DNA of 62,534 nt, the filler included, from a candidate division TA06 bacterium SM23_40 (GTDB lineage Bacteria > LJUI01 > SM1-40): assembly GCA_001303705.1 (NCBI GenBank). It is 6 parts of 6 records of this genome, joined end to end, with 100 filler letters (N's around TTAATTAATTAA, not from the genome) between each part and the next. Parts side by side here need not be neighbours in the genome. Positions count along the whole stretch, not along the records: positions 55,209 to 62,534 come from LJUI01000177.1; 5 more parts are not named here. One strand, written 5' to 3'. The notes beneath the pieces are model-generated. The model saw nothing but the letters and a program-made list of their open reading frames with translations, was not told the origin of the DNA and did not search any database. Positions 61,208 through 62,534 of the stretch are shown here, one piece after another. The number at the start of each line of letters is the position of its first letter. Positions within the stretch are counted from its first letter, which is position 1. The position numbers and the translations under genes were made by a program.

Positions 61208-61912
61208 ATGCCGAAGACATATCAACAGATAACCGATCGAGTCTACACTCTGGTCGAATCCCTGCCTCGCTACAATCACGAAACACCCGCGAGTCACTTC
61301 CCCACCAACGGCGTCTACCTCTTCTTCGAACGTGGCGAGGTTGTGCAGAGACGCGGCAAGATCCTCCACCGCATCGTCAGGGTGGGCACTCACAAGAAGG
61401 ACGGCAAGCTCAGAGACCGGATCCATCAACATTTCGGTACTGCCCGCCCTCTCGGAGGGAACAAGAACGCGAGCGTCTTCCGTAAGCACCTGGGCGGCGC
61501 GCTCTTGGCGAAGTTGAATCCGGAAGATCCCCGCCTGGACCGCTGGCTGACGCACATGTCCCCTACGTTCCCCGAAGTCGAAAAGATGGTGAGCCTTCAG
61601 CTGCGGTTCAACTTTGCCTTCACCTGCATCCGGGTCAACAGGACGAAGGAACGCCTCGCCCTGGAACGCAGCCTCATTGCTCTCCTCGCGCAGCACCCGT
61701 TGGGCGAGCCGTCGACACGGTGGCTCGGCAGATATGCCACGATCGACGCGATCCGAGGCAGCGGTCTCTGGAACACGCAGCATCTGAGCGCTGCTCCTCT
61801 CAGCGCTGAAGAGCTCACGCGCCTCGAACAGTTGATCAAAGCCTCCCGTGCGAAAAGACGGAGTACTCGTCCGAAGAGGCGAAGCACTCGTGCAAAGGGA
61901 AGGCGCAAGTGA
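61208..61912 (+). CDS. GIY-YIG-like nuclease domain protein
   Basis: NGVYLFF...RIVRVGTH...LRDRI.QH...ERLALER..I...N pattern, basic C-terminal tail. Confidence 0.55.
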   Translation: MPKTYQQITDRVYTLVESLPRYNHETPASHFPTNGVYLFFERGEVVQRRGKILHRIVRVGTHKKDGKLRDRIHQHFGTARPLGGNKNASVFRKHLGGALLAKLNPEDPRLDRWLTHMSPTFPEVEKMVSLQLRFNFAFTCIRVNRTKERLALERSLIALLAQHPLGEPSTRWLGRYATIDAIRGSGLWNTQHLSAAPLSAEELTRLEQLIKASRAKRRSTRPKRRSTRAKGRRK

Positions 61913-62457
61913 AAGGCTTCCTGGTCATCATCCCGTGCCGCCAAGCCAAGATCTGGGACAGAGATCCGAAGCGGGGACCGATGCCTGCGTGCGACGCATA
62001 CACGGGAGCACCGTTCAAGGTCAACAGAGCATATGCTGAGCGCTTCGGTGAGCGGTGGATCATCCTGAGCGCTAAGTACGGGTTCATCTCTCCGCTGTTC
62101 CAGATACCCGGTCCGTACAACATCACCTTCAAGAGCAAGTCGACGGATCCGGTCTCGCTTTCGACATTGAAACAGCAGATCGCCATCCAGGGCCTGGACC
62201 ACTTTCCGATAGTGATCGGACTCGGAGGCAAAGAATATTGCTGCACGATCAAACAAGCGTTCGCGCCGCTCTCTGGGGAGCTCCGCTTCCCCTTCGCTGG
62301 ATTACCCATCGGCAAGTCCATGCAGGCAATACGGTGCGCTATCGACGACGGGAATCCGTTTCCCGAAGTGGGCCTTGGCGACGTTGAACCGCCGCATCAG
62401 CTCTGTGATACTTCGGAGCGGTTCGATGATAGGATCGAGTTAGAAGGCATACCATGA
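61909..62457 (+). CDS. DUF6884-like protein
   Basis: LVIIPC...K, PA.DAYTG..F, W.ILSAKYGFI.P, PYN. Start overlaps the upstream stop (GTGA). Confidence 0.65.
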   Translation: MKGFLVIIPCRQAKIWDRDPKRGPMPACDAYTGAPFKVNRAYAERFGERWIILSAKYGFISPLFQIPGPYNITFKSKSTDPVSLSTLKQQIAIQGLDHFPIVIGLGGKEYCCTIKQAFAPLSGELRFPFAGLPIGKSMQAIRCAIDDGNPFPEVGLGDVEPPHQLCDTSERFDDRIELEGIP

Positions 62458-62468
62458 GGAGGGAGCAG

Positions 62469-62534
62469 ATGAAGAGCATACTCGTTTCTCTCGGCATTGT
62501 CACGCTCTGCGTGACCGTCATTATCATGGGAGGA
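62469..62534 (+). CDS. N-terminus of an exported protein (runs off window)
   Basis: GAGGAGG RBS, MKSILVSLGIVTLCVTVIIMGG signal-like sequence. Confidence 0.55.
   Translation, partial: MKSILVSLGIVTLCVTVIIMGG

Overview
Pseudo-scaffold of six unlinked contigs joined by N-TTAATTAATTAA-N spacers (17596-17695, 22726-22825, 27853-27952, 49766-49865, 55109-55208), apparently from a GC-rich diderm bacterial bin. The standout is contig 1. Four tandem Hanks-type Ser/Thr kinase genes with different C-terminal sensor modules are each preceded by the same ~270-bp non-coding element. That element contains the 3' half of a tRNA-Lys(CTT) gene starting exactly at the anticodon loop, flanked by IHF-like boxes and followed by an 11-bp-spaced AGGTAGC direct repeat. 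This is the anatomy of a tyrosine-integrase attP junction and suggests (inference) a tRNA-targeted array of single-gene kinase cassettes. No integrase or intact tRNA is visible in the window. Other notable items: a circularly permuted cofactor-independent phosphoglycerate mutase, an AbiE-like type IV toxin-antitoxin pair with a frameshifted antitoxin and a palindromic operator, a histidine ammonia-lyase with an Ala-Cys-Gly MIO motif, a GIY-YIG-like + DUF6884-like gene pair, a structured terminator-containing leader, and several strictly phased intergenic repeats (11, 19, 23, 33/34, 37, 38 bp). Housekeeping genes include cyclic beta-1,2-glucan synthase, glnS, glnA, ppdK and its regulator, and an L,D-transpeptidase/M15 peptidase pair. 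All family assignments come from recognised motifs, not database searches.
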